Source: Macrostomum lignano (lineage: Eukaryota). From it: a stretch of DNA of 64,000 bases. The position numbers and the translations under genes were made by a program. Where the stretch lies: assembly GCA_002269645.1 (NCBI GenBank), contig NIVC01002620.1:20770-84769 (forward strand), read 5' to 3'. Numbering within the stretch: the first letter of the stretch is position 1; each line of letters begins with the position of its first letter. Positions 1-33,150 of this stretch are shown piece after piece. The notes beneath the pieces are model-generated. The model saw only the letters and a list, made by a program, of their open reading frames with translations. It was not told the DNA's origin and made no database searches.

Positions 1-133
1 GCCAATCAGAATGAGGCTGGTAAAAGTGTACAAGGCTAATAGTTTTCCTATAATCGAGTGCAAATGAAGAGGACAGGCGATGCAGCCAGTAGGAAGACGA
101 AATTAGAATGTAGGCCTAATTCTAAAATTTACA

Positions 134-19832
<19,699 letters not shown>

Positions 19833-20139
19833 GACTGTTGTCTCCAATGCTCTGTGTTGGCAACTGTCTGTTAGGCCGCAAGAGTTCCAGCTTTTGTAGA
19901 ATCCAATTATGCGCAGCAAATTAAAATTTACCGCTTTTTAAAGACCGCAATTTAGCTTGGACTCCTTCCAGCCAATCAGTGAATAGCATTTTAACCCTCG
20001 GATTTGGAATTTTTATTGAAAAAGATAAAACGTTCATGTCGACTACTATTTAGACTACTCTTAGTAGAGTAAAAATGCATTTATACGACATTTATGGTAA
20101 TTTCTTTTATTGTAGTTTATAGCGATGATTCTAACTTTT

Positions 20140-20848
20140 TAGCCTAGTGGGGGGTGTAGCTTAGTGGGATGTTGTAGCTTAATGGGATGTTGTAGCTTAG
20201 TGGGATGTTGCAGCTTAGTGGGGAGTTGTAGCCTAGTGCGGTGTTGTAGCCTAGTGGGGGGTTGTAGCCTAGTGGGGGGTTGTAGCCTAGTGGGGGGTTG
20301 TAGCCTAGTGGGGGTTGTAGCCTAGTGGGGGGTTGTAGCCTAGTGGGGGGTTGTAGCCTATTGGGGGTTGTAGCCTAGTGGGGGTTGTAGCCTAGTGGGG
20401 GGTTGTAGCCTAGTGGGGTGTTGTAGCCTAGTGGGGGGTTGTAGCCTAGTGGGGGGTTGTAGCCTAGTGGGGGTTGTAGCCTAGTAGGGGGGGGGGTTGT
20501 AGCCTAGTGGGGGGTTGAAGCCTAGTGGGGGTGCGTTGTAGCCTAGTGGGGGTTGAAGCCTAGTAGGGGGGGGGGTTGTAGCCTAGTGGGGGGTTGAAGC
20601 CTAGTGGGGGGTGCGTTGTAGCCTAGTGGGGGGTTGAAGCCTAGTGGGGGTGCGTTGTAGCCTAGTGGGGGGTTGAAGCCTAGTGGGGGGTACGTTGTAG
20701 CCTAGTGGGGGGTTGAAGCCTAGTGGGGGTGCGTTGTAGCCTAGTGGGGGGGGGTTTGTAGCCTAGTGGGCGGATTTAACCTAGTGGGGGGGGGGGGTAC
20801 GTTGTAGCCTAGTGGGGGGTTGAAGCCTAGTGGGGGGTGTAGCACAGT
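20140..20848 (+). repeat. About 17-19-bp G-rich minisatellite (GTAGCCTAGTGGGGGGTT) resembling a tRNA 5' end / Pol III A-box
   Basis: Tandem copies with variable G-run length, directly abutting a SINE head. Confidence 0.9.
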
Positions 20849-20849
20849 G

Positions 20850-21150
20850 AATGTTTTAGTCTAGTTGTTACAGCGTCGGACTCACGACTTAAAGGTGATT
20901 GGTTCGATTCCCGATCCCACTGGAACAATTTGTGTCCTTGAACAAGACACTTAACTCTGCATTGCTTCAGTTCACCCAGCTGTAAAATGGGTGCCAGCAT
21001 TAGCTGGGGTAATTGAGGGTTGGGTGTGGCGACCCCCCAGTCCTTGGACTGAACAGCCGTACGCAGCCTTCAGATGCGCCGCGCAATAGCTGCGGCTGAG
21101 CTGTCGGTTGGACACCTGGCCCAGTTGGGGCAGGTGTAATCAATAATAAA
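20850..21150 (+). mobile_element. tRNA-derived SINE with CORE-like central domain
   Basis: A-box-like TAGTCTAGTTG (about 20858) and B-box GGTTCGATTCC (20901), then TGTGTCCTTGAACAAGACACTTAACTC...CAGCTGTAAAATGGG, which resembles the MIR/CORE consensus TGTGACCTTGGGCAAGTCACTTAAC...CATCTGTAAAATGGG as recalled; A-rich 3' end. Confidence 0.75.
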
Positions 21151-21625
21151 TCAAGTAAAATTAGGGTCATATAAACTGTACTTTAGTGAATAACTAAAAT
21201 GTATGTTCTTGTTGTAGTCGAAAAAAGTCGTAAAACCATCGAGGTAGAAATAATTGTGCTTATTTAGGTGATTTAATTTTTTTACTTGTAACTTTCTAAC
21301 ATGTTTACTACTAGTACGAAGTAGAGTAAGTTGCAAATTTTAACTAATAAAACAATTATTGCATCAAACTGAAACTGATTCATGGTAGTAAAAATCTGTC
21401 ATGTACTTTCTACAATAGCAACAAGAACCCCAATAATTATAGTCAGCTTAAGTAGTATGTACGAGTAGTAGGTAAACTCGGATGAACAAAAACGTCAATT
21501 AAAAAGCGTTAACTTTAATTGGCACACACGCAGCTGGGAACAACAGGCAACCAATTAAAATTGTGCTAAACGATTATAAACTTTTATAATATGCGTAGAT
21601 GTGTCTTAGAATACAACACCGCACC

Positions 21626-21856
21626 TCAGTTCCTTCTCTTGGCTTCGGCTTCCGTGTTCGTTGCCATGCCGTCTCCATGCGGACCCTCGGCTTTGTCATT
21701 GTCGTCCTCCTTATCGACACCATCGCCGGCCCAGCTGATTGACGCGCAGCGCAGCGCGGCGTGCATCAGCAGCCAGGCGACGAGGCTGGCCAGCATCAGG
21801 ACGGTCAGAATGCCAGCTGATCTGTCAACGTCGAAGGTGGCACTTTTGCTGAGCAT
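21626..21856 (-). CDS. Putative 76-aa single-pass membrane microprotein
   Basis: GC-rich ORF with one hydrophobic stretch (GILTVLMLASLVAWLLMHAAL) and an acidic tail; upstream acceptor (tgtag| at 21862) and a 29-nt exon at 21939-21967 with canonical borders. No recognised homology. Confidence 0.4.
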   Translation of the reverse strand: MLSKSATFDVDRSAGILTVLMLASLVAWLLMHAALRCASISWAGDGVDKEDDNDKAEGPHGDGMATNTEAEAKRRN

Positions 21857-21983
21857 GCTGCCTACACAGAGTGGCCTTGTGTCATGATAGCTCGGTAATT
21901 TTTGGCTCTGATTTTGAGTCTTGCTCTTTCAGCCTCACCGCTGCGCCATAGACAGTTGAAATAGCAGCTGGAGTGAATTGAAT

Positions 21984-22452
<469 letters not shown>

Positions 22453-22636
22453 AATATTTCAATTCGCAACACACTACTGCGTAGTCAACCAGTGCGACTG
22501 CTTGTAAACACTGCAATAACAGCGGCAGTTTTGACCACAGATTTACGCTTACAAGACAAAGAAATAATTTCAATGAACAAAGCGAAAAATCAGGGAGCAC
22601 GACTATCGTCACGACTAGCGTAAAATAACTTAAAGT

Positions 22637-25169
22637 TTGACTTTTATTTTATCTAGACTTGAGCACTGCTCACGTCATGAACTCACAGTCAGTTCAGAAG
22701 CAGCTATTCTGCAGACCTCTGTCAGAGCTGCACTGGAAGCCAGAATTCTCGAACTACTTGAGCCAGATGTTCTAGCCACTTGTCGCCTGGTGAACAGCCA
22801 ATGGCGCGACTCTGTTGACGGTCTCGACGGTCTGTGGAGCGGTCTGGCTCGTCGGATTGGAGTTGCGCACAGCAGTGGAGCCTCCGATGCCCAGGAAGGC
22901 GCTGGCAAGTTGGCCAGAATTCGCCTATTGCTGACTGAAAGAAACAACTGGCTTGGCTACGACCTTTGCCCCACCGTTGTTGATGACAAGCTGAAAGACA
23001 AGTTTCGTCCATCTCTGAATGATTTACAGCTGGTTAATGTTGTGAGTCTCTGCTGCTCAGCTCTTTAGCATGAACTAGTTGGAGTTCAGTGTGAACTAGT
23101 TGGAGTTCAGTGTGAACTAGTTGAAGTTCATTGTGAACTAGTTGGAGTTCAGTGTGAACTAATTGAAGTTCAGTGTGAACTAATTGAAGTTCATTGTGAA
23201 CTAGTTGGAGTTTAGTGTGAACTAGTTGAAGTTCAGTGTGAACTAGTTAGAGTTCATTGTGAACTAGTTGGAGTTCCGTGTGAACTAGTTGAAGTTGATT
23301 GTGAACTAGTTGGAGTTCAGTATGAACTAGTTGGAGTTCAGTGTGAACTAGTTGGAGTTCACTGTGAACTAGTTGGAGTTCAGTGTGAACTAGTTGAAGT
23401 TCAGTGTGAACTAGTTGGAGTTCAGTGTGAACTAGTTGGAGTTCAGTGTGAACTAGTTGGAGTTCAGTGTGAACTAGTTGGAGTTCAGTGTGAACTAGTT
23501 GGAGTTCAGTGTGAAGTAGTTATGCTGCACATAGTTGTGTTTCATGGAATCAGTGCAGTAAAAATTTTTTTCATTTCCTGATCAGAGTTGCGCAACACAG
23601 CTCGGCTCACGCAATTTTCACGGCTGCTGGCTCAAGGTGACGGCATTCGATGCGGCTTCTGCCAAGTACCACTCATGGCGACTGCAAAGCAGCACCAATT
23701 TCAGTGTTTGGAGCTTCTTTGACTACAGCTGCAGCGGCACCGTCTCTGAGAGAACAGTCTGCGAGTGGACAGCGCTGCTGCAGGTCGGTGTGACATCCTG
23801 GAAGCGAGACATCGGCACGGATATCAACGAATTTCTCTAATTCATGCACCGTTCGCAGCGCAGAGACGATTTTCTGCGGAATCTGGAGGACAGAGCGTGG
23901 CACCGGACCAGTCTGCTACCCGTGGAGCTGGAAAACGTCCCGTCGGACATCTTGAACGGTTGGAAGTCTTTGTACACACGGACGAAAGACTTGATGACTA
24001 AGCTGTTTAAATTTGCGGAAGAGAAATCGAATGAGCCAGATGAAATGTACAGTAGAAGACGTGTGCCCGATGACTCACTTAATGTGTACATGGTTGCACC
24101 GCTTGCGAGAACCGAGTCAGGAATTTTGAGACCGCAGTGCCTCATTGTGCTACCCTGTGGCGCCGAAGTTTGTGCAGTTGCCACGTGCAAGTGTCAATCC
24201 TGCACAGATAGGCAGCTTCTGCTGCTCAGCACAGAATGGCAGCTTGATCTGTACAATCTGCCAAACAATGCCGACGAGCCGGTCATCCTGTCACCCGTGT
24301 CAACTGTGGAACTCCATGTCAATAACCGCTCTTACTGGTCTTCTATTCCTACAGCGAAGCTGACTCCCGTAAATAGCAACCAACAACAGCACTTCGTGAT
24401 TTCATTTTTCAACTCGAAAAGCAATTACACGTATGATGTTAGCGATGATAGCCTTCGAAAATTTATATTTTTGGCCAGCTGCGACTGCTGCAAAGTTGAC
24501 ATAGTTAGAAGGATTGAAATTCCGCCACCTCTTGTGCTGGTCAACTCAACGATAAGGCGCTGCGACAGCTTTCTGCTAGCCAGAGAGGCGGACCTGACTC
24601 GATCTAGCGGCAAACTTCTGCTTCTCCGCTTGGCAGACGTCACCGTAGATACCGAGGCGACCTTCACAAAGTCGTCCAGTTTCGTAGAGTACAACGTCGT
24701 GACTAAACTATTGCCGAATATGAAGAACTTGGCAGCTGAATTTGACCGAGGCAGCGCATTCTGGTATCTGCTGAGTCGTTTGGACAGGACTGAGGCTGAG
24801 GATTTGACGCTGGTCATCTACCGAATTGGCTGTCCGCAGCCGCTCGCGCTGGCCCGTCTCGACAGTCTGCGGACAAATATTGGCGTCTTTGACAACACTG
24901 AAACCACGCTGATGCTCACCAGGCGCCACCGAGGCCCCAGGTGGATTTCTACCGCTTCGTGTCGGTGGATGGACAGCGAGCTTGACTGCGGCAGGCGTTC
25001 GGTGCCCCTGCTTGCAATGTGCTACGATAATGGCATCCGATTGCTGTTTTCCTGGCTCTTCGAGAAGCAAACCAGCACACTGGGCGGTGCGGGACGGACT
25101 GCACGGTTGAAGATTTCTGCTTTGCATTGCTTGAAAGACTGGCCTTGGCTCAGATGGCGAACTGACTGA
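22637..25169 (+). CDS. F-box protein (N-terminal F-box, divergent C-terminal region)
   Basis: Exon about 22657-23041 encodes LEARILELLEPDVLATCRLVNSQWRDSV...LWSGL (F-box pattern); donor GTT|GTGAGT; acceptor atcag| at 23585; the frame continues to the stop at 25169 apart from TAA at 23838. True start uncertain. Confidence 0.75.
23070..23520. repeat. 21-bp minisatellite (TGAACTAGTTGGAGTTCAGTG) in the F-box intron
   Basis: Tandem copies each containing the AACTAGTT palindrome. Confidence 0.95.
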
Positions 25170-25364
25170 TTCAATTGGCCTAAGAGTGCACTGTGAATTT
25201 TTTTGTTACGTGTAAATACAAAATACTATAATTGACGTGCTCAGTCAGTCAGGCGTTCTTTAAATGAAAGAGCAGGTTTATCAACTTTCCGAAGACAGTT
25301 TCCAGCGCTTTTTATTTGCGTATTTTATTTGAGCTCTACTAAAAGTAGTGCGTTCATATTCTCA

Positions 25365-25710
25365 CCTCTCACCTGCACATCGATCAGGGAAATGCCCTGG
25401 CTCATGATAATCGATCAGGTAAATCCCATCCCTCATGATAATCGATTAGGGAAATCCCCTCTCTCATGATAATCGATCAGGGAAATCCCCTCTCACCTGC
25501 ACATCGATCAGGGAAATCTCCTAGCTCATGATAATCGATCAGGGAAATCCCATCCCTCATGAAAATCGATCCGGGAAATCCCCTTTTACTTGCACATTAA
25601 TCAGGAAAATCCCCTCCCACCTGTACATTGATCAGGGAAATCCCCTCTTACCTGCAGATCGACCAGGGAAATCCCCTCTTACCTGCAGATCGACCAGGGA
25701 AATCCTCGCT
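25365..25710. repeat. About 31-bp degenerate minisatellite (ATCGATCAGGGAAATCCCCTCTCACCTGCAC)
   Basis: About 11 diverged copies. Confidence 0.85.
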
Positions 25711-26374
25711 CATCTTTGGGGAATTCGAATCAAAATAAATTTTGCATTAAATTAATTGAAATCAAATCTATCAGGGAATAATTCAGTTTATTGACACGTT
25801 GATTTCTGTTCTGTCCTAGAAACGCTAAAAGATTTATTGATTAATTAATAGCAATCTCTGTATGAAAAATCTTCAAAAGTGTTCGATCAGTTTAATGCAA
25901 AGCTGACTTTAATCTGTTGCAGTCAGGTAGCGAAAATATAGTGAGTGAAGGAGGGAGGCTGTTATGCAGCGAACGGTGTTCTCTATCAAGACATGGTGTT
26001 ATGCAGGAGTGTTCAAATGCAAGTAAACGTTATTATTAATCAATCACAATTTAGGAGTGCATTCTTTATTCATGTTTAAAAAATAATTTTACAACTAGGC
26101 AACAAATTTAAAAGCATTGAAATGAAAAAGCGATATGATAAACTGAATTCTAGGAATGAGGGCATTTAGCAGTGGTGTCTATAAATAACTTTTGGTAAAG
26201 ATCCTGGATGTTGAATGCTATAATTATTTGGAAGAATGATGGCAGTGTGCACAGAGACAGTCAACACAAGTTGAACGGCGATTCATGTCTTCATCCTGGT
26301 TAATCACATTTAAAAGATTAATTCAATTTTGATTGTTGCAAGCAGAATAGAGAGGCAAATAAAGGCACCATATC

Positions 26375-27395
26375 TACTGTCTAACAGGTGTGTGACACTG
26401 TCCTGTCTAACAGGTGTGTGACACTGTCCTGTCTAACAGGTGTGTCACACTGTCCTGTCTAACAGGTGTGTGACACTGTCCTGTCTAACAGGTGTGTGAC
26501 ACTGTCCTGTCTAACAGGTGTGTAACACTATCCTGTCTAACAGGTGACACTATCCTGTCTAACAGGTGTGTGACACTGTCCTGTCTAACAGGTGTGTGAC
26601 ACTGTCCTGTCTAACAGGTGTGTGACACTGTCCTGTCTAACAGGTGACACTGTCCTGTCTAACAGGTGTGTGACACTGTCCTGTCTAACAGGTGTGTGAC
26701 ACTGTCCTGTCTAACAGGTGTGTGACACTGTCCTGTCTAACAGGTGTGTGACACTGTCCTGTCTAACAGGTGTGAGACACTGTCCTGTCTAACAGGTGTG
26801 TGACACTGTCCTGTCTAACAGGTGTGTGACACTGTCCTGTCTAACAGGTGTGTAACACTATCCTGTCTAACAGGTGACACTATCCTGTCTAACAGGTGTG
26901 TGACACTGTCCTGTCTAACAGGTGTGTGACACTGTCCTGTCTAACAGGTGTGTGACACTGTCCTGTCTAACAGGTGTGTGACACTGTCCTGTCTAACAGG
27001 TGACACTGTCCTGTCTAACAGGTGTGTGACACTGTCCTGTCTAACAGGTGTGTGACACTGTCCTGTCTAACAGGTGTGTGACACTGTCCTGTCTAACAGG
27101 TGTGAGACACTGTCCTGTCTAACAGGTGTGTGACACTGTCCTGTCTAACAGGTGACACTATCCTGTCTAACAGGTGACACTATCCTGTCTAACAGGTGAC
27201 ACTATCCTGTCTAACAGGTGACACTATCCTGTCTAACAGGTGTGACACTGTCCTGTCTAACAGGTGTGTGACACTGTCCTGTCTAACAGGTGTGTGACAC
27301 TGTCCTGTCTAACAGGTGTGTGACACTGTCCTGTCTTAACAGGTGTGTGACACTGTCCTGTCTAACAGGTGACACTATCCTGTCTAACAGATGAC
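26375..27395. repeat. 26-bp minisatellite (CTGTCTAACAGGTGTGTGACACTGTC) with 22-bp deletion variants
   Basis: Direct reading. Confidence 0.96.
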
Positions 27396-27477
27396 ACCTT
27401 TACAAAAATTGTCAAGACAGTCAAACCATAAAAACTAACAGTCTTTTATCACAAAAACATTCAGTTTACAATTAAAT

Positions 27478-28729
27478 TCAATTTCGATCCAGTTGATGAC
27501 GAGCTCCAGAATCTTTGATCGCCTCCCCTCCGGCGGCTGGGCCTTTCCTGCGACTCTCGCCCGTCTTGAACTCGAGCGGCATGAGCAGTGGAGCTGAGTG
27601 CCGGTGGGACTGATCCTCCAGCTTAGTCTGACCCAGCGGGCCTCTCAAATTGTTAACAGATCTCGTAATCGATTGTTGACAATCGCTGTTGCCAAGGAGA
27701 CGCGATTCGACAGTCGATTGCGGAGTGACGGACAGCTGCAGCTCCGGCCAGGTGAGGAATTTTCTAATCGAATTGGCGCCGTTTGCACTTGTGGCATCCC
27801 CGCTGGTAGCAACCAGACCGGCTGAACCGCCGCTGAGCAACGGCAGGTGGTGGCTGGCTTGCCGACGGTAGGAGCTCGGCGGCGACGACTCAGCGACTGT
27901 CGGAAGCGACGGCAGCGTCGTGTGCGACAGTCGCGGCGTCGAAGAGCACGGCCCCGACGATTTTGCGGGCGCCATTGCAATCTGAGGAAGTCGAGACGAA
28001 GACATGAACGGCGCTTGCGGCTTGAGAGCTCAGGGTTTAGGCGTGAAATACGGAAATTTAGGTAGCAATTGAGCTGCATAATTCTTCATTGGCCAATGAC
28101 CATATATGTAATGAAGCTGAGGCTGGGTTGGGATGGAGAGCCAATGCGGGAATTGCTGGAGAAAATACATCCACTTTATCTGCAAATCCCCCAGCTTTTC
28201 CCCCGCACTGGTTGCCTCCATCCCCCTCTGCTTAACTCTTTACCTTCATCTGTCTTCTATTTGTGCTCCTCAGTGTCCTTTTTACAGTCTCCCAGAACCC
28301 AATGTCTATTCTCTCCTCTCCTCTCTCTCTCCTCTCTCGCCTCTCTCCCCTCTCTCCCCTCTCTCCCCTCTCTCGCCTCTCTCCCCTCTCTCGCCTCTCT
28401 CCCCTCTCTCGCCTCTCTCCCCTCTCTCTCCTCTCTCCCCTCTCCCCTCTCTCCTCTCTCTCTCTCTCCTTACCCTCTCTCCCCTCTCAACCTCTTCCGT
28501 CTCCCTGTCCCCCAGGTCCACTTTATCATTTCCTTCTCTTCCTATGCTTCATTTTCAATGGTGAGTTTCTTCTTCCCCACTTCTCAGTAATTCTGCAAAT
28601 TTCCACACCCTTCTCAGTCACCATCAGTCTGTTTCTCATTATCAATATTGCGGACTCACCGTCATCCTCCCAAGCCTTTGAAGGGCTACGCCAATAGCCA
28701 ATTAGGTAACTCATGTCTTCAAAGGGCTT
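27478..28729 (-). CDS. Unidentified gene: probable terminal exon (Ser/Pro-rich, 27478 to about 28027) and an upstream exon (about 28659-28731, AKPFEDMSYLIGYWRSPSKAWEDD)
   Basis: GC-rich 175-aa ORF open a few codons further upstream; strong minus-strand donor G|GTGAGT near 28658 whose phase matches an acceptor near 28027. No homology recognised. Confidence 0.4.
28310..28500. repeat. CT-rich 9-bp repeat (CTCTCCCCT)
   Basis: Direct reading; a similar CT-rich tract lies at 30520-30690. Confidence 0.85.
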
Positions 28730-29129
28730 AGCCTGAATGCTGATAGCTTCACCTCTGAGCCGCTGAATGTTGAAGGATAAAGACAATAAACTGATGTTTG
28801 GGACAATCCCTAAAGCTGTTAATTCCTCTCTTCAATACTGACCGCTCCCGCACGCCCGCCCGCCCACTTCATCGGATTTTGGCGCCATCAGTGCAAAACG
28901 TTGGATGCCTGTTTTGGCAGTGCAGAAATTTTCATCTGCCCGCATCATGCAGCGGTGAGACTGGGCTTGCCTTCACTGACTGCCATCATTTTGGCACACT
29001 GCGGGTTTATTGCTGTTTAATACTTTTGTGCATTCTTGCCTATCTATCTCTTCCCTCTTCATCCTCCCTATCCTCTCTCCCCTCTATCTTCTCACTCCTC
29101 TCTACCCTCTATCCTCTCACCCCTCTCAC

Positions 29130-29875
<746 letters not shown>

Positions 29876-31248
29876 CCATCATCATCTTGCACTTTGGCAG
29901 AAAGCATCCCTGACCCCAGATCCGCCCTCAAATGCACCAGAACTCAGAAACTGAGTAAGCTGTGAAGATGTTCTCTAAACACGGACCCTGGTAATTTCTC
30001 AATCTCAGCAGTGCCCCACGTCACTGTACCGCTGCTGTCTCACCCCTCTAACACGGCTGGCGGTGCAAGTTCAGTTCACATCGCGTGCTACAATCCATTC
30101 ACGGAGCAGTCTGACTAAACCGGACACCCGACTGCATCAAAAGATTGATCACTGTTCTCTCAACCTCAGCTCACACAGCCAGTTATTCAATAGCGCTTTT
30201 TGAAGATGCGTAGGCCTTGCAAAGCTTTTGATTGAATCTTCCTTTGTAAAAAGTCTGGCAAAAGATGAAATGCAATATTGCAAGATTGTAAATCACAAGG
30301 AGAAACAACGGATGTAAGACATGGCCACATGTGTATTGATGCTGAAGCATGGTCACAGTCCATAGGAAATCAGATATCCTTTCTAGAACTGATTTTTTGT
30401 TACTTCTCCCGGATTGGGGATTTATATATGTTGGAGATAAAATTCTGGCTTGTGGAAGTCCTGGATCAACGACTTTTGTGTAGGAAAGCGGTGTAGTTCA
30501 CGATGTTAGAGCGGAGATGTCTCTCACCTCTCTCCTCCTTCCTTCCCCCCTCTTTCCACGCTCCCCTGTCTCCCATCTCCCTTCTCTCCCCTCTCTTCCC
30601 TAGCTCTCCCCTCTCTCTCTCTCGCCTCTCTCATCCCCTTCTCCGCTCTCTACCCTCTCTCTCTCTCCTCTTTCCCGTCTCTCCCCTGCACTATCAATTT
30701 AAAATGCAATTCATGGTAAGCAGTGATTTTTCCAAGGTGAACGTCTGTTCAATGGTAGAACGAACGAAGGTAGATTAAGATTAACTCAATGATAAATTGT
30801 CAGCAGTCCCAGTGCGTGACAACGATTGTCTGGCGAGCGCCCCCTTGACCCCGCTTTCCCTGTTACGCTGCTTCTATGTTTAAGTGGTGGATACATCACT
30901 TATTCCCCGTTAATACCAAGTGTCTAGGGCAAAAATTGTCCTATTGATTGAGCTCACTCTGGAGGTGTGTGACATGCTTATTTGACTCTGCGTGCTATGG
31001 CTGATTTAGTCTATGGCTAAACTTCATGGTCTATGCAGGTTTTAAAATGGAATCGAATATGATTGAGATTCATGAAGGCTTCCTAGTGCGTCGTCTATGT
31101 CAATGATGCACTCGTTGGCGTTCAGCAATCTTTATAATCGTGCGTGCGATTTTCTCAATTTGAACCACAGAAATCACCAGTTCGATCAGAAACCTGTGCT
31201 TCGGGTATAAAGGTACTAGAAAGAGGCTACCTAGCAAGCAATAGCAAT

Positions 31249-31408
31249 AGCAAGCATCCACCCAGATAGCAAGCATCCACCCAGATAGCAAGCATCCTGC
31301 AGATAGCAAGCATCCCTCAGATAGAAGCATCTACCCAGATAGCAAGCATCCACCCAGATAGATGCTTGCTATCTGGGTGGATGCTTGCTATCTGGGTGGA
31401 TGCTTGCT
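31249..31408. repeat. 19-bp tandem repeat with an inverted half (hairpin-forming)
   Basis: 31249-31296 is the exact reverse complement of 31361-31408. Confidence 0.9.
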
Positions 31409-32599
31409 GTCTTGGGATGTTAAATGACCGGCCTTTTGCTAGAGTCCCTTGAGAGAGCAGGGACTCTAGCAAGCATCCCTGGATAGAAACACTCCCATAC
31501 ATGTACTCGTAGATACATGCAGCCAGTACCCCTTCTCCCAAATAGCAAGTACCCCCCCTCAAGAGAGAAATCTTAGTAAAAATTGTTAAAATCTATTTCA
31601 AAAAATGTCTTAGTCAAAATCGATTGTTAACTGTTCAATATTGATTCGGAGTTGTCAAAAATGAAGCGGACTTTTCGGGTACACAAACCATAGAGTGTCA
31701 GTTTTGAAGCAACTCTGTCAAAATAGAATCGGACTTTGCAGCCCAACCAGTCAGGCTATTTTAGTCTGTGTGTAAAGGATAGAGAAAAATAAATTTTATC
31801 AATACTTGTAGATCCAAAAAGCAAAGTCAGAATAAGCTGATTTTGCACAGCTCACTTCAGCTCCGTTCAGGCTTTCATTGGATTACTTTGTTACCGAATT
31901 CTCCCAGGAGAAGTTGACTATACGTGCATTGTCAAAATTGAACCAGAGTTTGTCAAAAATGAAGCTTGATCTGTCAATATTGATTGTAGATTTTGAGTGC
32001 CCGACCATAGAGTGTCAATATTGAAGAGGAGTTTGTCAGTTTCGAGGTTCTCCTTGTTCAAAATAGAGGGTAAAATGGTGTAGTCTGCGCTTCAAAAGTT
32101 CAAATGCACATTGATCGAACGTGTGTTTCAAAAAGTCATGCGCATCAAGACTTACCGCATTTCTTACTGAATCGTAAATACTGAAACTCAATCAGCTTAT
32201 GCAGTCAGTGTAGCGGAGCTACTGGTTCACAAAACAATGGGAAAGCAGTTGAGGCAGAAAATCTGATTTATTAATTTAAACGCAACCGAAAGCGACGCAT
32301 CCTGACGGTCAGTGCGTCATCGATTGGATCGCACGTCTGCTTGAAGTCTGTTAAAAAGTGCATCAATAATAATTGATCAATTAACAAAGATCAAGTACTG
32401 AGGGAAACACACATACCTACCCATGCTCATAGAATGGTAAGAGGCGTGGATGACAAAAGTAGAAATGTACGTGTGTAGATTGTGGTAGAGAGGTAGAGGT
32501 GTAGATTTAGGGTAGAGTTAGATTGGAGCTTAATTAAAGAGGCAGATTAGGGTAGAGAGGTTGTTGCTGTTGTTTCTATTAACCCTCGCTGGGGTCATG

Positions 32600-33150
32600 C
32601 TGAACGGGCAGCATCAGAAACTCTGCGACTTCACGTGGGAATTGCGTCAAAGGTCGGAAGGCTCCAGTTCAGTGGGATGAGCAGGGCAGTTGAGGCCGGC
32701 AGGTCGGTAGCGGACGCGGTCGGTCGCGGTGCAATCAGTAATGCTCCGGGTAGCTGAATTTTGAACCGCCTGGAGCTAGCTGGAGATGACCGGACCTCGG
32801 ACAGGTGAGGCGTAGCTAATAAGACTGCGCGAGATGATCTTGTAATGTTCAGCAGTAGCTCTTTGCAGCTGCTTCCTGCCAGGCACCGAAGGACGCGATT
32901 GCGCTTGCCAGCCTTCACGGAAGTCGCCAAGATTTGGCGATTGGCGGTTTAACATTAACTTGGAATCGAAGATGACCCCCTCACGAGTTTAGGAGAGCAC
33001 CCGAGTGAGTCTGACACCCTCGGGCACCCCCATGCGGACTTGCAGTCGCGCAGCACGGTGCGGGCTTCACGTCCGAGCAGATGATTGCAAAGACAGCCTT
33101 TGATGAGATTCGGCAGGTCGAAGTTAATAATATCGGTAAGAAGCTCACAA
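32600..33150 (-). pseudogene. Degenerate non-LTR retrotransposon (RT C-terminal region, I-group/Jockey-like)
   Basis: Frameshifted motifs in the expected order: LPNLIKGCLCNHLLGR, GVIFDSKL, KAGKRNRVLRCLAGSS, YKIISRSLISYASPV, LQAVQNSATRSIT. Stops and shifts are present. Confidence 0.65.

Noticed and set aside
20855-20915. Intact tRNA gene
   Set aside because: A- and B-boxes are present but no complete acceptor stem is evident, and it continues into SINE body sequence.
21620-21630. UGA readthrough or selenoprotein at the end of the small ORF
   Set aside because: No Cys/Sec redox motif and no SECIS-like hairpin recognised downstream.
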